From assembly GCF_009914755.1 (NCBI RefSeq), contig NC_060945.1: a DNA stretch of 64,000 bases. One strand, written 5' to 3'. The notes beneath the pieces were generated by a model that was given only the letters and a program-made list of their open reading frames with translations, was not told the origin of the DNA and ran no database searches. The position numbers and the translations under genes are program-made. Source of the stretch: the human T2T-CHM13v2.0 reference genome, Homo sapiens. Within the stretch, counting starts at the first letter, position 1. The number at the start of each line of letters is the position of its first letter. Below are positions 41,274-56,429 of this stretch, in pieces.

Positions 41274-44200
41274 GATAGCATGCATATGTACATAGAAAAT
41301 GTCAAATTGTTCACGATCAGAAAATGTTTATTCTCTCCCCTATTCTTTTCCCTTTCCTCTGTAGCTGTGTGCACATATGTATTTTGATTATGAATGAACT
41401 CCATTTATTCTTTCACCTTCCAGCTGAGCTCTTATCCCTTCCCTGATTTTCTCTTTCACTTAAAAATGGACTAAGGAATTCCACTCTGTTTATATTTTAT
41501 AGCATATATTTAAACATTTCTTTCTCATTATTGTTGGCTAAGTTTTATAGTTCTTCAATGCTGATTGCTACAGTGTCTTTCAAATCCAGGAAAAATATGC
41601 AACTTTGATAGTCCCAATGTGCCTGCAGATTTGTAGGTGGAAGGACTGATTGCTTTATGATTAAGAGTCTGCAATAATTTGTTTAAAAACTTTAACTTGC
41701 AGGCTGTTAATGATTGGACTAAGTGACTGAGGAAAGATCAACTTTAATTGTATGACTTAACTCTACTAAGAGTTTCATAAACACATTTTAACAGTTTTGT
41801 TAGAATAGTTATCATAACATAAATGTATATATTTTTTTAAAATGTGTAATATTGGGAGTGGAATTTATATGAAAACCAACTAAAACATATTCACCCTGTG
41901 ATGTAGCCCCTTAGCACTTTCATAAAAAGTAGTATGAATGTTCACTTTATTTCAAAAGGATATTATTAGATCACATATAAAAGTTAAATATACCTAAAAG
42001 ATAGCAATAATCTAATTATGTAATCAGTTTTAGTTTGGGAATTATTTTTGAGTAATGATGTAATTCTAAGACTGAAGAAAGTTAAGGGATCATATATATA
42101 TATATTTTAAGAGGGAAAAAGGCCAGTTGTATAAAACGTCAGAATCAACAGGCTGAAAATAATTTCAGAGAATGCATTGCAGTTTACTGTTTTCTGGTTG
42201 ATGTAACGAATGGGAATATGCTTTATAGGGCCATGTCTGACTAAGACTACTCTGTCTTCATAATTAATTTTATATTTTCACTACCTCTTATAAAGTAAAG
42301 AAATTAAATTTCTGTAAGTTTAATACATAATAAGAATTATTCAACTTTATATGCTTTAACATCTTTGGAAATTTCATTGTATTTCAACATATTTGTGAGG
42401 TGACAGGGGAGTCTCAATTCTATTCTCATTTTATTTTCCATTTCTTTGTAATTAAAAATCTCATGTGACATAACTACACCTCACTATAGGACATATCCAA
42501 TCCTGACAATTTTTATTTGTTTGAATCAATCTTTACAAGAAATAATAACAATCTGACAGAATTCTGTAAAAGACGGCCAATCAGCAATCAACTTTATAAG
42601 GTACTACAATATCCTGTAAATACAAGTTAAACCAATTTTGAAATAAGACTGTCAGTGCTTCTATTCTTGTTTGATTTGTTTGGCCTGGGTGCAAACATCT
42701 TCTATATAAGGTATTTTATATATCTTAATTGATGTGGCAGTAAAAAATATTTTAGGAATTTCCTTGTCTGCCAATAAGATTCTGTGATGTATTATTTACA
42801 AACATATGTTCTTGCTGTGAGAGTTACTATTAAAAAGAAATATGTGAATTTTTCGTGAACTCCAATTATAGGAGAAATTGCTTTATATGCCTGTCTGGAA
42901 TATAGTTTACCTTCTCTCTGAACCAAAATTATAATAGGCTTAACAATGCCTATGAAGAATCGGGGCTAAGATGTTATCAGTACTTAGATTTCTTAAGTGA
43001 ATGACCTTTGAGCTATATGGCATTTCAATGTTTTATCAACATAGACAAACACAGAAAGAATCCAAAAAAAACCTACTGTAAGAGAAGCTGAAATACTCAA
43101 TAAACCTTTGCATATTTCCTTCGAAATGAAAACAAAACAAAAATAGCATACTTCTTCTACTTTAAATAGTCTATTGCTATCTTCAGATATTTTAGTTTTA
43201 CTTATGCTGCCTCTCAGTATACTAAGAGCAGTGGAAAGTAGCATAGCTAATCATGATGATTTTTTTCAGTATGCATTTCTCATGTGGTCATTTATTAATT
43301 TAAATCAAATTGGAAAAGACAGGTTATTTTTTGAACTTACAAACTAAAATCTTGAGTAGTGGGATATGATTCCTGCTTATGTGATTCCACTGACTTTTTA
43401 TTTCCTCCTTTATTCTACCCATGCTTCCTCCTGCCTTTTCTCCCTTTCTTATTTCTTTGTACTCTGCTTCTTTATTTTTCTTCATCTCCCTTTCTCTTTC
43501 ATTCATCCAGTCTTTTAAAATATATAAAATGTCAGCAAATATGGTATTATTAAACATATTCTTCCACAGAATCAGAGGCCATTTTTGGCTTACAGTCGAA
43601 ATGATCAAATATACACCTCTGACAACAGCCAGAAATATTCATGTGTTACTTAAATTTATCTGAAATTTATTTCTACAGAATGATTTTAGAAAAATATCCC
43701 CTTCTTTAAAGAATCTAAAACAGAGCCTGTTCTATTTGATCCATAATGCCCTATGTGTCCTATTCAAACCCTTGTATTTTGACTTTCTCTTCTAGTCTCA
43801 GTGGTTAATTACCATTCCATCCCAAGAGGAAAATAATTTTCTTATGATCCAGTTTTAATAACATATTTTACTCCATGGAATGCCAACATTTATGCTTGAG
43901 ATATTTTTGTAACAAAAGAAAATAGCTAAAGGTGTTGTCATCACTTGAACCTAATGGAATTTGCGTTTTTTTTTTTTTTGACATGACTCTAAGAATTCAG
44001 TCAGTGTGACAAATCCCATATCCTCCATTGTCTATGCTATGTTTCAAAAAAAGGTAAGGTGTTCTCAAATCTGGTAAACTAATTTATTACTTTGAAAAAA
44101 CAAAACAAACCTCTTAACAACTAGAAAGTATGTGTAAGCGTGTATGTATGTATGTGTGTTTTATCAGAATGAAATTATTTTCCTGTTACCAATTAATGAT

Positions 44201-44639
44201 CCATACAAGTTTTAGTTTAAACTAACTTTTCCTGATTATTTTTGAATGAATCACTGAAATACTTATGTAGGTAAATTGAAATTCCTTAATCTTTGATCTT
44301 CTTAAGCTTAATTGCAATCTTCATGGCAAATTTGCGTATTCTTGGTAAATGCATTTATTTCATTTATGATTTAAATTTGTGCTTATTAAAATAACAGCTA
44401 ACCATGGTTTTTGGTTTGCAGAAAGGTCTTTTTGTAATTCTATTTACTTCTCCAAATTTATGATGAACACATTATTATTATTATTGTCATTTTAAATTTA
44501 AAGAATCTAAATTTCAGGTAAGTTGATTTTCCATTGCCATGTAAAATATTCATTAGAGAAAAAAGCCTGGAACCCGTATGTCACAATTCCTCATTTAGTA
44601 TTTCTTTGATATTTATCTTATAAAGATACAGCAAGGATC

Positions 44640-45200
44640 TCTACTTTGCTTTGTCTTTTCTTGTGTTTCTTCAATCTATTCTCCATCCTGATCCTTTCAC
44701 AGTGCAAATCAGATTATGTAACTCTGCTGTTTAAAGCCTGTCTTTGGGTTCCCATTGCTCTCAAAATGAAGACCAAAGTCATGAACGAGGTTCATAAGTT
44801 CCTGCAGTATTTTTTTTATCTTTTTTCAACACCAACATACTTTCATTTGCCCTGGCGTCCTTTGCACTCTGGTCACGTGGCTTTTATTCAATATTTGGAC
44901 TTCCACCAAAGGGATTTCCACCATTTTGATCATACATTCTGAAATGCTATCTCCACTCACTCTCAGATTCCCAACACTGTCTTTCTAACTTTTTCATTTT
45001 GATCTCCAGTGAATACCACTTCCCTCCATCCCTGAAGTTTCTTTTATACCCCTGGAATCTTTTTATACAGAGTATGTGGCTTCCTGCACTTATGTAAACC
45101 ACTACTTGGAATGGCATAATCTAATTGCCTACTCATATCTGATCATTTTGAGTTAAGGTCCACTTCCTTGTTTCTTTTTCCTGCTACTAGTCTTTATCTT
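44640..45200 (+). mobile_element. L2 fragment
   Basis: TGCAAATCAGATTATGTAACTCTGCTGTTTAAAGCC...GTTCCCATTGCTCTCAAAATGAAGACCAAA. Confidence 0.55.
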
Positions 45201-45984
45201 GATGAAATATGATTGGATGCAGGCTACAGAGAATTCTTCAGACAAGTGCCCTTGCAGAGTGCAGTGAAGCACTCTGGCTTTGTGGGAGAAAAAGCTATAC
45301 CATTTCTTTATTTTGCTCTTTCCTTTCATTAAGTCTACATATTCTCCCTAGTAACATGCAGGTCAAATACTTTTTTTTAGTACAAGAAAACTTGATAAAT
45401 ATTGTATCTTTAATAAATACTGTAATGTTGACATCTAATGAAAAATTTGCTGCTCTATAAAAACTACTTTGATTGACTATTTCAAGTGGCTACTGATGTA
45501 TGAGATGAATTGATACATGATTTTGTGCTTCACAATACAATTCTGTTTTTTAATGAATCTCAGCAGTTTTCTATATTCACCAGACATTGTGTTAGAGTTT
45601 CCAAGCGAGTTTCCAAATCCTGTTGACTTTAACAATAAATCTTGCTAATAACTATTTTCTGGAAAGAATATTTTCTTTACCATAAAAAAGTATGTATCTG
45701 CTTTTCTCAGCTTGGCAGACTCTGTATACATTGTTCTCCACTGCGTGGTGACTACACTGACTACAACCTCAAATGTAGCCAAGGGCAAATGATCACTGGC
45801 CAACTTGATCAGCCAAAAGATAACTTTATTTACTAAATTGCATATTTCAAGGGAGTAAAAAGGGATAAACTTTTTGAACAGATTTTCAATTATTAATTTG
45901 TTGGATGCATGAATATTTAGTAAGGGTTATAAGTAATGAGGATATAAGTTGCCAGGCACAGTATAAGTGATATATTAAAAATTG

Positions 45985-46312
45985 TTGAATGAAATACACA
46001 GGACGATATGGAAGAATCTCACCAACATAACACTGAGTTGAAAGAAGCTAGATGCAAAGGAAGGATATTATATGATTCACATAAAGTACAAAAACAGGCA
46101 AAACTAATTTATTCTGAGAGAATGCAGGATAGCAATTAACCACTGGAGAGAAGCAATGCTTAATGGGAAACATAAGAGGGTGGATGTGGCCTTTGTGGGC
46201 CTAGTCATGCTCTGCTTCTGGTGTACATGCTGATTACAAAGTAATGCTCAGTTTATGAAAATTCAAGCAGCTGAAAATTTACAAAGTAGATGCATATTAT
46301 AATTGAATAAAT
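45985..46312 (+). mobile_element. L1ME-like 3' end
   Basis: ATGGAAGAATCTCACCAACATAACACTGAG...AAAACAGGCAAAACTAA. Confidence 0.7.
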
Positions 46313-46508
46313 GAAGATATAGTATTTTCTATAACCTTAATATAAATAAAGAAATATATGTTAGGTTTATTGTAAAAGGAATCAAATATGTCTTTTCCTC
46401 ACAGTTGCAAAATGCATTGAAATTTTACATATTGATAATCTTCTTCATATAGACATATATCATCAATTGACTATATTGTTGTTTCACACATTGTTTAGTA
46501 GTTTAAAG

Positions 46509-46824
46509 TTTTGGTTTTGTTTTGGTTTTTCAGAGACAGGGTCTCACCCTGTTACCAAGGCTAATGTGTATGGCCTAGTCTTAGCTTACTGCAGCCTTGA
46601 ACTCCTTGGACTTAAGTGATCCTCCTGCCTCCACCCGTTGAGTAGCTGAGATACAGGTGTGTCACTATGTTCAGCTAATTAGAAAAACAACAACACCAAA
46701 AAACTGTAGAGACAGGTTCTGACTATGTTGTTCAGGTTGGTCTCAAACCCCTAGCTTCAAGCAATTCTCCTGTCTCAGCCTCCCGAAGTGCTGGGATTAT
46801 AGGTGTGGGTCACCATGCCTAGCC
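46509..46824 (-). mobile_element. AluJ (old, diverged)
   Basis: GAGACAGGGTCTCAC...GCAGCCTTGAACTCC...GATCCTCCTGCC. Confidence 0.9.
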
Positions 46825-46850
46825 TTGACAAATTGTTGTTGATTTAGTGG

Positions 46851-47202
46851 TGTATTAGTCTGTGCTCATGCTGCTAATGAAGACATACCTAAGGGAGTGG
46901 GTAATTTATAAAGAAAAGAGGTTCAATGGACTCACAGTTCCACATGGCTGGGGAGGCCTCACAATCACGGTGGAAGTCGAAGGAAGAGCAAACGCAAGTC
47001 TTACACAGCGGCAGGCAAGAGGCAAGAACTTCCCTTTATAAAAGCATTGTATCTTGTGAAACTTATTCACTATAATGAGAACAGCACAGGAAAAAACCCA
47101 CCTCCATGATTCAATTACTTCCAACTGGATTTCTCCCACAGCATGTGGGGATTATGACAATTCAAGGTGAGATTTGAGTGGGGACACAGCCAAACCATAT
47201 CA
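46851..47202 (-). mobile_element. THE1 (A/B-like) solo LTR
   Basis: TGTATTAGTC...CCAAACCATATCA; perfect TSD AGTGG. Confidence 0.93.
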
Positions 47203-47704
47203 AGTGGTACCATAGTTTTTGCAGGAGAAGAGCAAGCAAATTCAAATACAGTTCTATTTTTCATTCTTCTCCAAATAAGAACATGTTTACTAATAGTTCT
47301 GGCCTTTTGGTTCCTTGATGTCAATAAATTGAAGATAGGATAATCCGACATCAGTTCCTTGAGATATTGTGTGCTCATTTTTGGGACAAGAATTATATAG
47401 ATATAAGACACTTACTTTCTTTTAATAGCACACCATCTCCCAGCATACCATTCTTCTCTTTTTATTCATCTCTTAACAAGAATGTAACTACTCATATAGC
47501 ATGAAAATGACATAGAGAACAAAAATTATTAAAGCTCCACTTGTTTAGCTCAAGTAAAGGGTGTTAATCACAATAATGCACAGAGAAATAAGGATACAGC
47601 CAACTCCATTAAAATAACTATACAATCAGATATATCTAGGAGACTGAGATATAATTTCAGAGCAGAAAAATAGTTGATAATCAGAGGGAGGTTATAATGG
47701 ATAT

Positions 47705-48484
47705 TGTGGTGACTTCCCAGAGCCACATTTAGAATGGAGGCACCCACTGTTATAGCCACTGGCATTGGTGCTCTTGGAATTGCCCTCAGCTGAAAAGAAC
47801 TGCTTTGCCTAAAGTCAGGCCTCCTCTCTGGTGTGAAGACCTTGTCTAATGACAGATTAAAATAATGTGTGAAGGTCTGTCTCCTTTGGCTTAGTGAGTG
47901 TCAACTCTGCAGGGCTGGCTCATCTCCAGATCTCCTCTTGAGGTTGTTGTGAATGTATCACTGTTCATCATTGCCTCCTGCCCAATCCTATTTTTTTCAC
48001 CCTCCACAGTCATTGTTCTTGCAACCACCCCCCAATAAAATCCCTGTGTACAAACATCTGTCTCAGGGTGTGTATTATTCTGTTCTCACACCACTAATAA
48101 AGACATACCTGAGACTCTTCCTTTTATAGAGGAAAGAGGTATAATTGACTCAAAGTTCAGCATGGCTGGGGAGGCCTCAGGAAACTTACAATCATGGAGG
48201 AAGGCAAAGGGGAAGCAAGGTGGTACCTTCTTCATAAGGCGGCAGAAAGGAGAAGTGCAAGCGGGGGAAATGCCCTCTCTTATAAAACTATCAGATCTTG
48301 TGAGACTCACTTATTATAATGAAAACAGCATGTGGGAAACGGCCGTCATGATTCAATTACCTTCACCTGGTCCCGACCTTGACACATGGGGATAATGGAG
48401 ATTATAATTTAAGGTGAGATCTGGGGGAGAACACAGATCCAAACCATATCAGAAGGCATTTCTTAGAGAAAAAAAAAAAAGACA
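47705..48484 (+). mobile_element. LTR16-like ERVL 5' LTR interrupted by THE1
   Basis: GCCCTCAGCTGA, CTGCCCAATCCT, AATAAA...TCTCAGGGT...GACA end. Confidence 0.65.
48071..48451 (-). mobile_element. THE1C-like solo LTR
   Basis: TGTATTA...CAGCATGGCTGGGGAGGCCTCAGGAAACTTACAATCATGG...CCAAACCATATCA. Confidence 0.9.
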
Positions 48485-49040
48485 ATTAATATCAAGAGTG
48501 GTCTGAGAAAAACATTTTTAAGATAGGATTTTGGAACTGAGTTGCATTCCTGCCAGTTCTCCCCAAAAACCTCATCACAGGTAGCATGTAGGACATGAGC
48601 AAATCCTTCAAGCTATAATGTTTCATAGTCATGGCATGGGTAAAATGTGCCATGACTATGAAAATGGATAGGATATTGGTGGAAGAGAATGCACTGGCAG
48701 GTCTAATAGGCTAGGCTTTTGAGAAATGCAGGTAAAGAGTTAAATATAAGGACTATAGTATTTTATAGCTATTGCTGGAGAAAATGTATGCAAAAGAGGA
48801 AGACAATGGAAAGATGAAGATAATCCACAATTAAAGACTAAATGTGAAAGCTACAGGCTTCATGAGCAAGATACAAAGTAGAGATTAGATTGGCTGGTTG
48901 GTTACCCATCTGGAATGAGAAATATTGGAAGATAAGGGACAAGGAAATCTAAGTATGTCTCATATAGAAATAGGCTTCTGGGAGAGAGAAAAAATTATTA
49001 AATCCTTTTTGCATGTCAATGCCTATCGGGAGCACCTTTT
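48485..49040 (+). mobile_element. ERVL internal fragment
   Basis: AGAGTGGTCTGAGAAA...TAAGATAGGATTTTGGAACTG directly after the LTR. Confidence 0.5.
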
Positions 49041-49440
49041 CTGAAGTCCCACACCTTCTCTTGCTCTCACTTCCTTTCTGTTTGAAGAACTTCCTTTAGC
49101 CATCATTTAACAGTTGGCTTGCTAGCGAAATATTTTAATTTTATTACATTTGAAAACGTCTGTATTTCCTCGTTACTCCTGGAAGATATTTTTGCTGAAT
49201 ATAGAGTTTATGGTTGACAGTTTATTTCTTTCAGTACTTGAAAAATGCTGCATCACTTCCTTCTAGCTTCCATTGTGGAAAAGAAAGTCACCGTTATTCA
49301 AATTGGTGTTCCCCTGTAACACTCATTTGTCTCTGGTTGGTTTCAAAATATTTGTCTTTGTCATTAGTTGACAAAAATTTATTTATTTAGGTGTCTTGGC
49401 ATGGATTTCTTTGGGTTTATCATACTTAGGGTTTCATCTA

Positions 49441-49803
49441 TGATATGGTTTGGCTGTATTTCCACCCAAATCTCACATTGAATTGTAATAGTCCTCATGT
49501 GTCAAGGGTGGGGCCAGGGGCCAGGTGGAGATAAATGAATTATGGGGGCAGTTTCCCCCATACTATTCTCATGGTAGTGAATAAGTCTCATGAGATCTGA
49601 TGGTTTTATAAATGGGAGTTCCCCTGCCCAAGCTCTTGCCTGATGCTGTGTAAGACATGACTTTGCTCCTCATTCTCCTTCTGCTATGATTATGAGGCCT
49701 CCCCAGCCATGTGGAACTGTGAGTCAATTACACGTCTTTTCTTTATAAATTACCCAGTCTCGGGTATGTCTTTAGTAGCAGTGTGAGAACAGACTAATAA
49801 ACA
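49441..49803 (+). mobile_element. THE1B-like solo LTR
   Basis: TGATATGGTTTGGCTGT...TACCCAGTCTCGGGTATGTC...GAACAGACTAATA. Confidence 0.92.
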
Positions 49804-49980
49804 ATCAGCTTCTGCGATCTCAAATTTCTGTCTTTAACCAATTCAAGAGTTTTCAGCCATTATTTTCAAATAATATTTGTGTTACCCTCTTTATTCTTCT
49901 GAAACTTTGCAGCTAGAAATCTCAGCTCTTCTGTTGCTGTTCCTCAGGTTTCTGACATTCTGTTCATTTTTTCTGTAGAG

Positions 49981-50227
49981 TTTATTTTTATTATTTTAAT
50001 TTTAATGTAATTATTTTGAGACAGGGTCTTACTTTGTCACCCTCCAACCTCAACCTCCTGAGTAGCTGGGACTATAGGCACATGCCACCATTCCTGGCTT
50101 TTTTTTTTTTGTAGAGATGGGGTTTTCCATGTTGCTCAGGCTGGTCTCAAACTCAGGAGCTCAAGTGATCTACCCACCTTGGTGTCCCGAAGTGCTGAGA
50201 TTATAGGCATGAGCTACCGTATGCAGC
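49981..50227 (-). mobile_element. AluJ with an internal deletion in the right monomer
   Basis: GAGACAGGGTCTTACTTTGTCACCC joins almost directly to CTCAACCTCCTGAGTAGCTGGG. Confidence 0.85.
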
Positions 50228-51879
50228 ATTTACAATCCATTTTTAATCCATTGTTCAGACTGAGAAAATTTGATTGACATATTCTAGAGACTCCACTTTA
50301 ATGACAAAGCAATCCAGTGAGTTCTTTTTCTTCTGGTTGTATTTTTCAGTTCCATAATTTCCAGTTGGTTCTTTTATATAACTTCTATTTCTTTGCTGAA
50401 ATTTTCTTTATTTTTTATTTTAAGATAACTTATAATTGTTTTTTAAAGGATTTTTATGAAGGCTGCATTAAAGTCCGTTTCCGATCATCTCAACAGTTGA
50501 TTCTTTTCGGTTTTGGTCTCTATCATTTTTTTCCCATTCAAGTTGTAATATTTTATTTTTCATTTGAATATTACATTATGAGACTCCAGATCCTATTTAA
50601 TCTTAAAGTATAGTGCAAGAGTGGAGTGAGTTTCTATGTTCTGCTTTATTCTCATCCCCACTGGTACCACCCAAGCGAAGGCAGACAGCTGACTCACACT
50701 GCTTCATTGGAGACAGGTGCAGTATAAGCTCAGCTCCTTTCTAAGCCCCACTGACATGAGAAAATGGAGAAGCAGAGGTCTGAATAATACCGCTTTGTGC
50801 TTCTGGGTAGGAGTCGTAGGTCAGCTCCTTTCTAGGCCTCACTGGCACCAGGGGAGGAGAAGGAAGGAAGTGGAGTACAAACTAGCCTTGCCTCTGTCCG
50901 CCTTGTTCTGTCTCATTGATATTGGGTAGATGAGGAGACTTATTGTTCCCCTGGACCCTACTGATACCAGAGATGTGGGCAGAGTGCTGCCATCTGGAGA
51001 TGGAGATTCAGGATCTCATTGGGTTCTGACAACACAGAAGGCTGAGTGGGTGTGTGGGAAGAATGATGCCTAGCTGTGAATATCCTGCCTCTGCATTGCC
51101 TTGTTGTTGGATTCCACCAACGCTACCTTGGTGGGAGAATTGCAGCATTACCTCTTGTACAAACAAGAGATTGAGATCAGTACCATTTGGTCCCTGTTAT
51201 ACTAACCCAGTAGGTGAATTAGATTGTTGTCATCTACTTCCACTAGAAGAGGTTTGCATAATAAACTCCTTTCTCTGCACTGTTAACAATATCCAGCTGT
51301 GAAATAGAAGCTCCATCTGCTTCTGCATGACTGGGAATGGAAGATTAGTTGTTTGCTCAGTGCTGCTGACACCATAGTTTTTCCATTGGGAAAATTGGAG
51401 CTCTACTCCCTGCCTCTGCAAGATAGCTTGGTGAGACAGAAGATCAGCTCCTCACTCAGCCTCACCGAAACTGTAGGGTGGGGAGAGGGTATGTTGATGT
51501 TTTTTATTGGTGTTTGGCTGGAGTAAGGCAGCAATTGCTGGAATGGTGTTCTGTTGTTTGGCCACCTGGCCACTTTTTCCTAGTACTTTGGCTAATAGGA
51601 ATTGGTTTTTCTTCCAGGTTTTTTTTTTTTTTTTTTTTGGTGTTCTATTGGCAGTTATAAGTGGGCAATTAAAAAAAAAAAAAAACCTGGGAACTCACCA
51701 CCATGTTCCCCAAGTCTCAAGGTCACTAGTCAGCCTACTTTCTTTGTTAACATTTCAGACTTTTTAAATGCTTGTTTGTTGTGTTATATCCAATGGTTTT
51801 TAGTTATAAGAGGGAGAACCTTGGTTGTATTAGGGCGATCCCATCTTGACTGTAAACTGGAGTACAACTGGTGATAAAG

Positions 51880-52090
51880 GAGTGTGAAAGACTGCCCTCT
51901 GAAGGGTTTGCTCAGTGCCAGAGATCTTTTGAGATTGCTAAGAGTATATCAAATTTAAAGTCCTCCCTCTGTCTAATCCCAAATGTGTGACTCTTCTGAA
52001 CGAGGTGTTCTGAAGAGCACTCCCTAGAAAACTGCCTGAAAGCAAATCTAAACCTCAGGGTCTGTTTTCCATAGAGCCTGAGGTAAGACA
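51880..52090 (+). mobile_element. LTR16-like LTR 3' part (possible 3' LTR of the ERVL relic)
   Basis: GAGCACTCCCTA...GCAAATCT...CTCAGGGTCTGTTTTCC...TAAGACA. Confidence 0.5.
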
Positions 52091-53264
52091 TAGACCTATG
52101 AGCTTGTTACATCTCAGGAGGAAGAGGTGGTCATGTGATCTTTCCCAGTCTGCAAATATAATGTCCATGTTCTTTCAATCTCAGTGTCTGACATTTCCAA
52201 AGGAACTGTCATTATATTCTGCATATCTTTGTGTACTTCCTAATATTTAGTCATTGTTTCTGCTTATGTATCATTTCTATTCCTTTTTAATTTGTATTGG
52301 CTTATTTCATGAACTGGTGGGAATTTGGGTATCTGACACTCAAAAACGTTTGTGAAAAATTTGATTGATACAAGTTAATCATTCTCATTTAACAAAAGAA
52401 CTAGCTTTTGTGTCAATGTACTCCATAGAATTCTGGTCACCCTAGAGTTTGTTAGGTTTGGATTAGATGCTCAGCTCACTCCTAGCCCAATCAACTATGA
52501 CAAGCGGGGTTTAGAAATATGTTATAACTATTTCCATTTCCCTCAGTAGAATTCTGGGTTTGAAAACTTCCAGAAGGGCTCTGGGTGTGGCACATTTTCT
52601 CTCGTTTTACTTTTTTATTTTTGAATTCTATACTGGTCATTCTTTATTTACATTTGTTTTTCTTTTATTCCTGCTTCTCTGTATCTTTGGCCAGAAGCCT
52701 GTCTGTGTCTTATATACTTTAACCAAAATCTGGCACTTGGCTTGTTTTACTTTTCTGGGTGGCATCGTTACTTTACCCACACTGTTTCCACATTTTGGTG
52801 TATCCACCCAGTGGTTGAAAGGACTACAGGGCACTTTCTAGTAAATTATTCTAAGATACAGCAACTGAAGCACCACCGTATTTCAAAACATAATCAGAGA
52901 CCTATAAGTCACCATGAAATGAAAGATTCGTTTACAATTATGACTGTAACAGAAATGTTAAATCCTGTAGCTTCTAATGCTTACTAAGTTTCGTTGAGGT
53001 TGGGTTTCACACATGGTTCCCATCTTCACAGGGAATATACATAAAACAAAAGAACAAAATACAATGAGTGGAGGAAATAGCCAATGTTTTTGGTTATTGG
53101 GCACATAATCCCCCTCAAATTAATCACATTCTTTGTCAGAAAGAGATTTATATTTCCTACCCAAGGAAAGGACAAGAGACCTTTTCCAAACTTGTAGATG
53201 TTTGACAGTCTCCTTTCACCATGATATACTCTCTTATTTCGTTTTCTCCCCACCTCTTATTCTT

Positions 53265-53566
53265 ATTTTTTATTTTTATTTTTTTTTGAGTCAGAGTCTC
53301 GCTCTGTCACCCAGGCTGGAGTGCAGTGGCACTATCTCAGCTCACTGCAGCCTCAGCCCCCTGAGTTTAAGTGATTCTCATGCCTCAGCCTCTGAGTAGC
53401 TGGGACTACAGGTGTGCACCACCACACCCACCTAATTTTTGTATTTTTAGTAGAGAAGGAGTTTTGCCACATTAGCCAGGCTGGTCTTGAACTCTTTACC
53501 TCAAGTGATCCACTCGCCTTGGCCTCCCACAGTGCTAGGATTATAGGGATGAGCCACCATGCCTGC
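53265..53566 (-). mobile_element. AluS
   Basis: Antisense dimer with imperfect TSD CACC...TATTCTT. Confidence 0.93.
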
Positions 53567-55253
53567 ACCCCCATATTCTTTGATGTGTCTCCTCTGTCTC
53601 TTACTCACAGACCTTTATAATTCAGTGCGTATGTCTGTGTGTGTGTGTTTATTGGATTGGGTTTGATTATTTCCTTGATTTATATATGCAGAATTTCACA
53701 ATTCCAACTTTAGTGGAATAATTAAATCAGTTTTTTTGTACCAGTAAGTATTTCTATGACCCTATCTCCTTGGTATTTGACACAGCAACCTCAAAGAGCT
53801 TGCAAATTCAATAAATATTTAATTTACATGGAAGTGAGTAAGGCCCTTGACATATGTTGCATTAAAAACTATATAGTCTAAAGGTCCCTTCCAATTTTGG
53901 GCACCTTTAAGAATGCTCTTTAAGTTCCATAATACCTACCCACCACCTTTGTTGTTGTTGTTTAAAAATATAGCTACCTATAACTTCATAAAATAACAAT
54001 GTATTTAGAGAGAGGAATATCTCAAAATCAAGCTCTGGTAAACGTTGAATTTAACAGTCCATAACAGTGATGCAAGATACTACCTCACAGTCCATTTTTT
54101 AAAACACCAACCTTTGTCTTAGAAACAATTTGGCTTCAAGCACTGGCTTTCATAAATCAAGCAGTGTAGAGAACAAGAAGCTGAACACGCCAAGAGAGTT
54201 TTAGCAGCTCAATACATTCTTCATCCAGAAGTTGTAGGAAACTATCATATTTTTAGTAGATTTTTAAATGAGGAAAGCAAGATTTTTCAAATGAATCATA
54301 CCTAAGTACTTTCCCATGTAACTTTTTAAACTAGGGATTGAAATACAGCCTTATAAAAGTGATCTACATGTAAGCTTGTATCGCTGGTTTGGGGTATGAT
54401 GGAGTCAAGATAAAAAGATAAGGTTTAAGAATAACATACCTTATAAATTGCATTTTGAAAATTTTCTTTTTGTTTTGAATAAAATTATTAATATATTGTC
54501 AACAGCAAAATCAGATCAGATTGAAAACTTTAAGTTTATGGTACATACAAATTGACAGTTGATGAACTGTGAATGCTCAACCTAAAAGTGGTCAAAGGAA
54601 GTTCAGACATATGGTATTATAGGCTGGGGTATAAAACAAAAATGAAGAAGTCACTTAATCTCTACAATAATTGGCTATTGCTACTGAGGTTTCAAGATGG
54701 CAGGGAGTTAGTGGAAGGTGATCATATTATACCATTTTTAGAAGCCAACGTGTTTCATTTATGACTGTCAGAGGCATTTACAAGAAATCACCTAAGCTAC
54801 GTTTCACTCAGGTGGCCTAACTGATTTTGTCTGATCAGGGGATTCTCAAGCTTGGTCTCCATTTTATTTTAACACTACCCACATTTTGGTCAGCCTCTCA
54901 GAAAGCTGAGCATGTGGCCAAATGGTATAGCATTACTCGGAGGTACCACAGTTGATGTAGTCACTGGAGGGATAGTCAGGAAGTCACTGTCACTGAGGCA
55001 TGCATGACCATCACAGACATGGGTGGTAAGGGCATTGAGTTCTCTGAACTACATAATCCTGATAGATGCCATTTGATGTGTGAGTGGCTTCCAAAGGGCA
55101 TTTAACACACTTGAGAAGATAGAACTCTCCAGAGAGATTAATACAATGATTATGAAGAGAGTACTAGTCAAGGACTGAAAAATTCCCTAGAGCAGAGATT
55201 CCCAGGAGCCAAGATTTAACTAGTTAAATACATTCATGAAAGAAGCCTCGCCT

Positions 55254-56257
<1,004 letters not shown>

Positions 56258-56429
56258 ATGTGAGGTGAAGAGGTTTGTGTACTAGGAAGTGGGCCCTCAC
56301 CAGATATCAAATCTTCCAGGACTTTATCTTGGACTTCCGGCCTCTAGAACTGTGAGAAAAAAATTTCCAGTGCTTGTAAGCCATTTAGTCTATGATATTT
56401 TGGTACAGCAACCTGAATGGACTAAGACA
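56258..56429 (+). mobile_element. MLT1A LTR 3' half
   Basis: GGGCCCTCACCAGA...TCTTGGACTTCC.GCCTCTAGAACTGTGAGAAA...GGACTAAGACA. Confidence 0.85.

Larger units (their letters stand above)
49050..51860 (-). mobile_element. Old L1M 5'/ORF1 region, interrupted by THE1 and AluJ
   Basis: TTGAAGAACTTCCTTTAGC, GATATTTTTGCTGAATATAGA..GGTTGACAG, GGCATGGATTTCTTTGGGTTTATC, GGAACTCACCACC. Confidence 0.65.

Noticed and set aside
42575-42600. GGCCAATCAG box followed by TTTATAAG as a possible promoter
   Set aside because: Spacing is too short for a typical CCAAT-TATA arrangement, there is no CpG island or downstream exon, and such motifs are expected by chance
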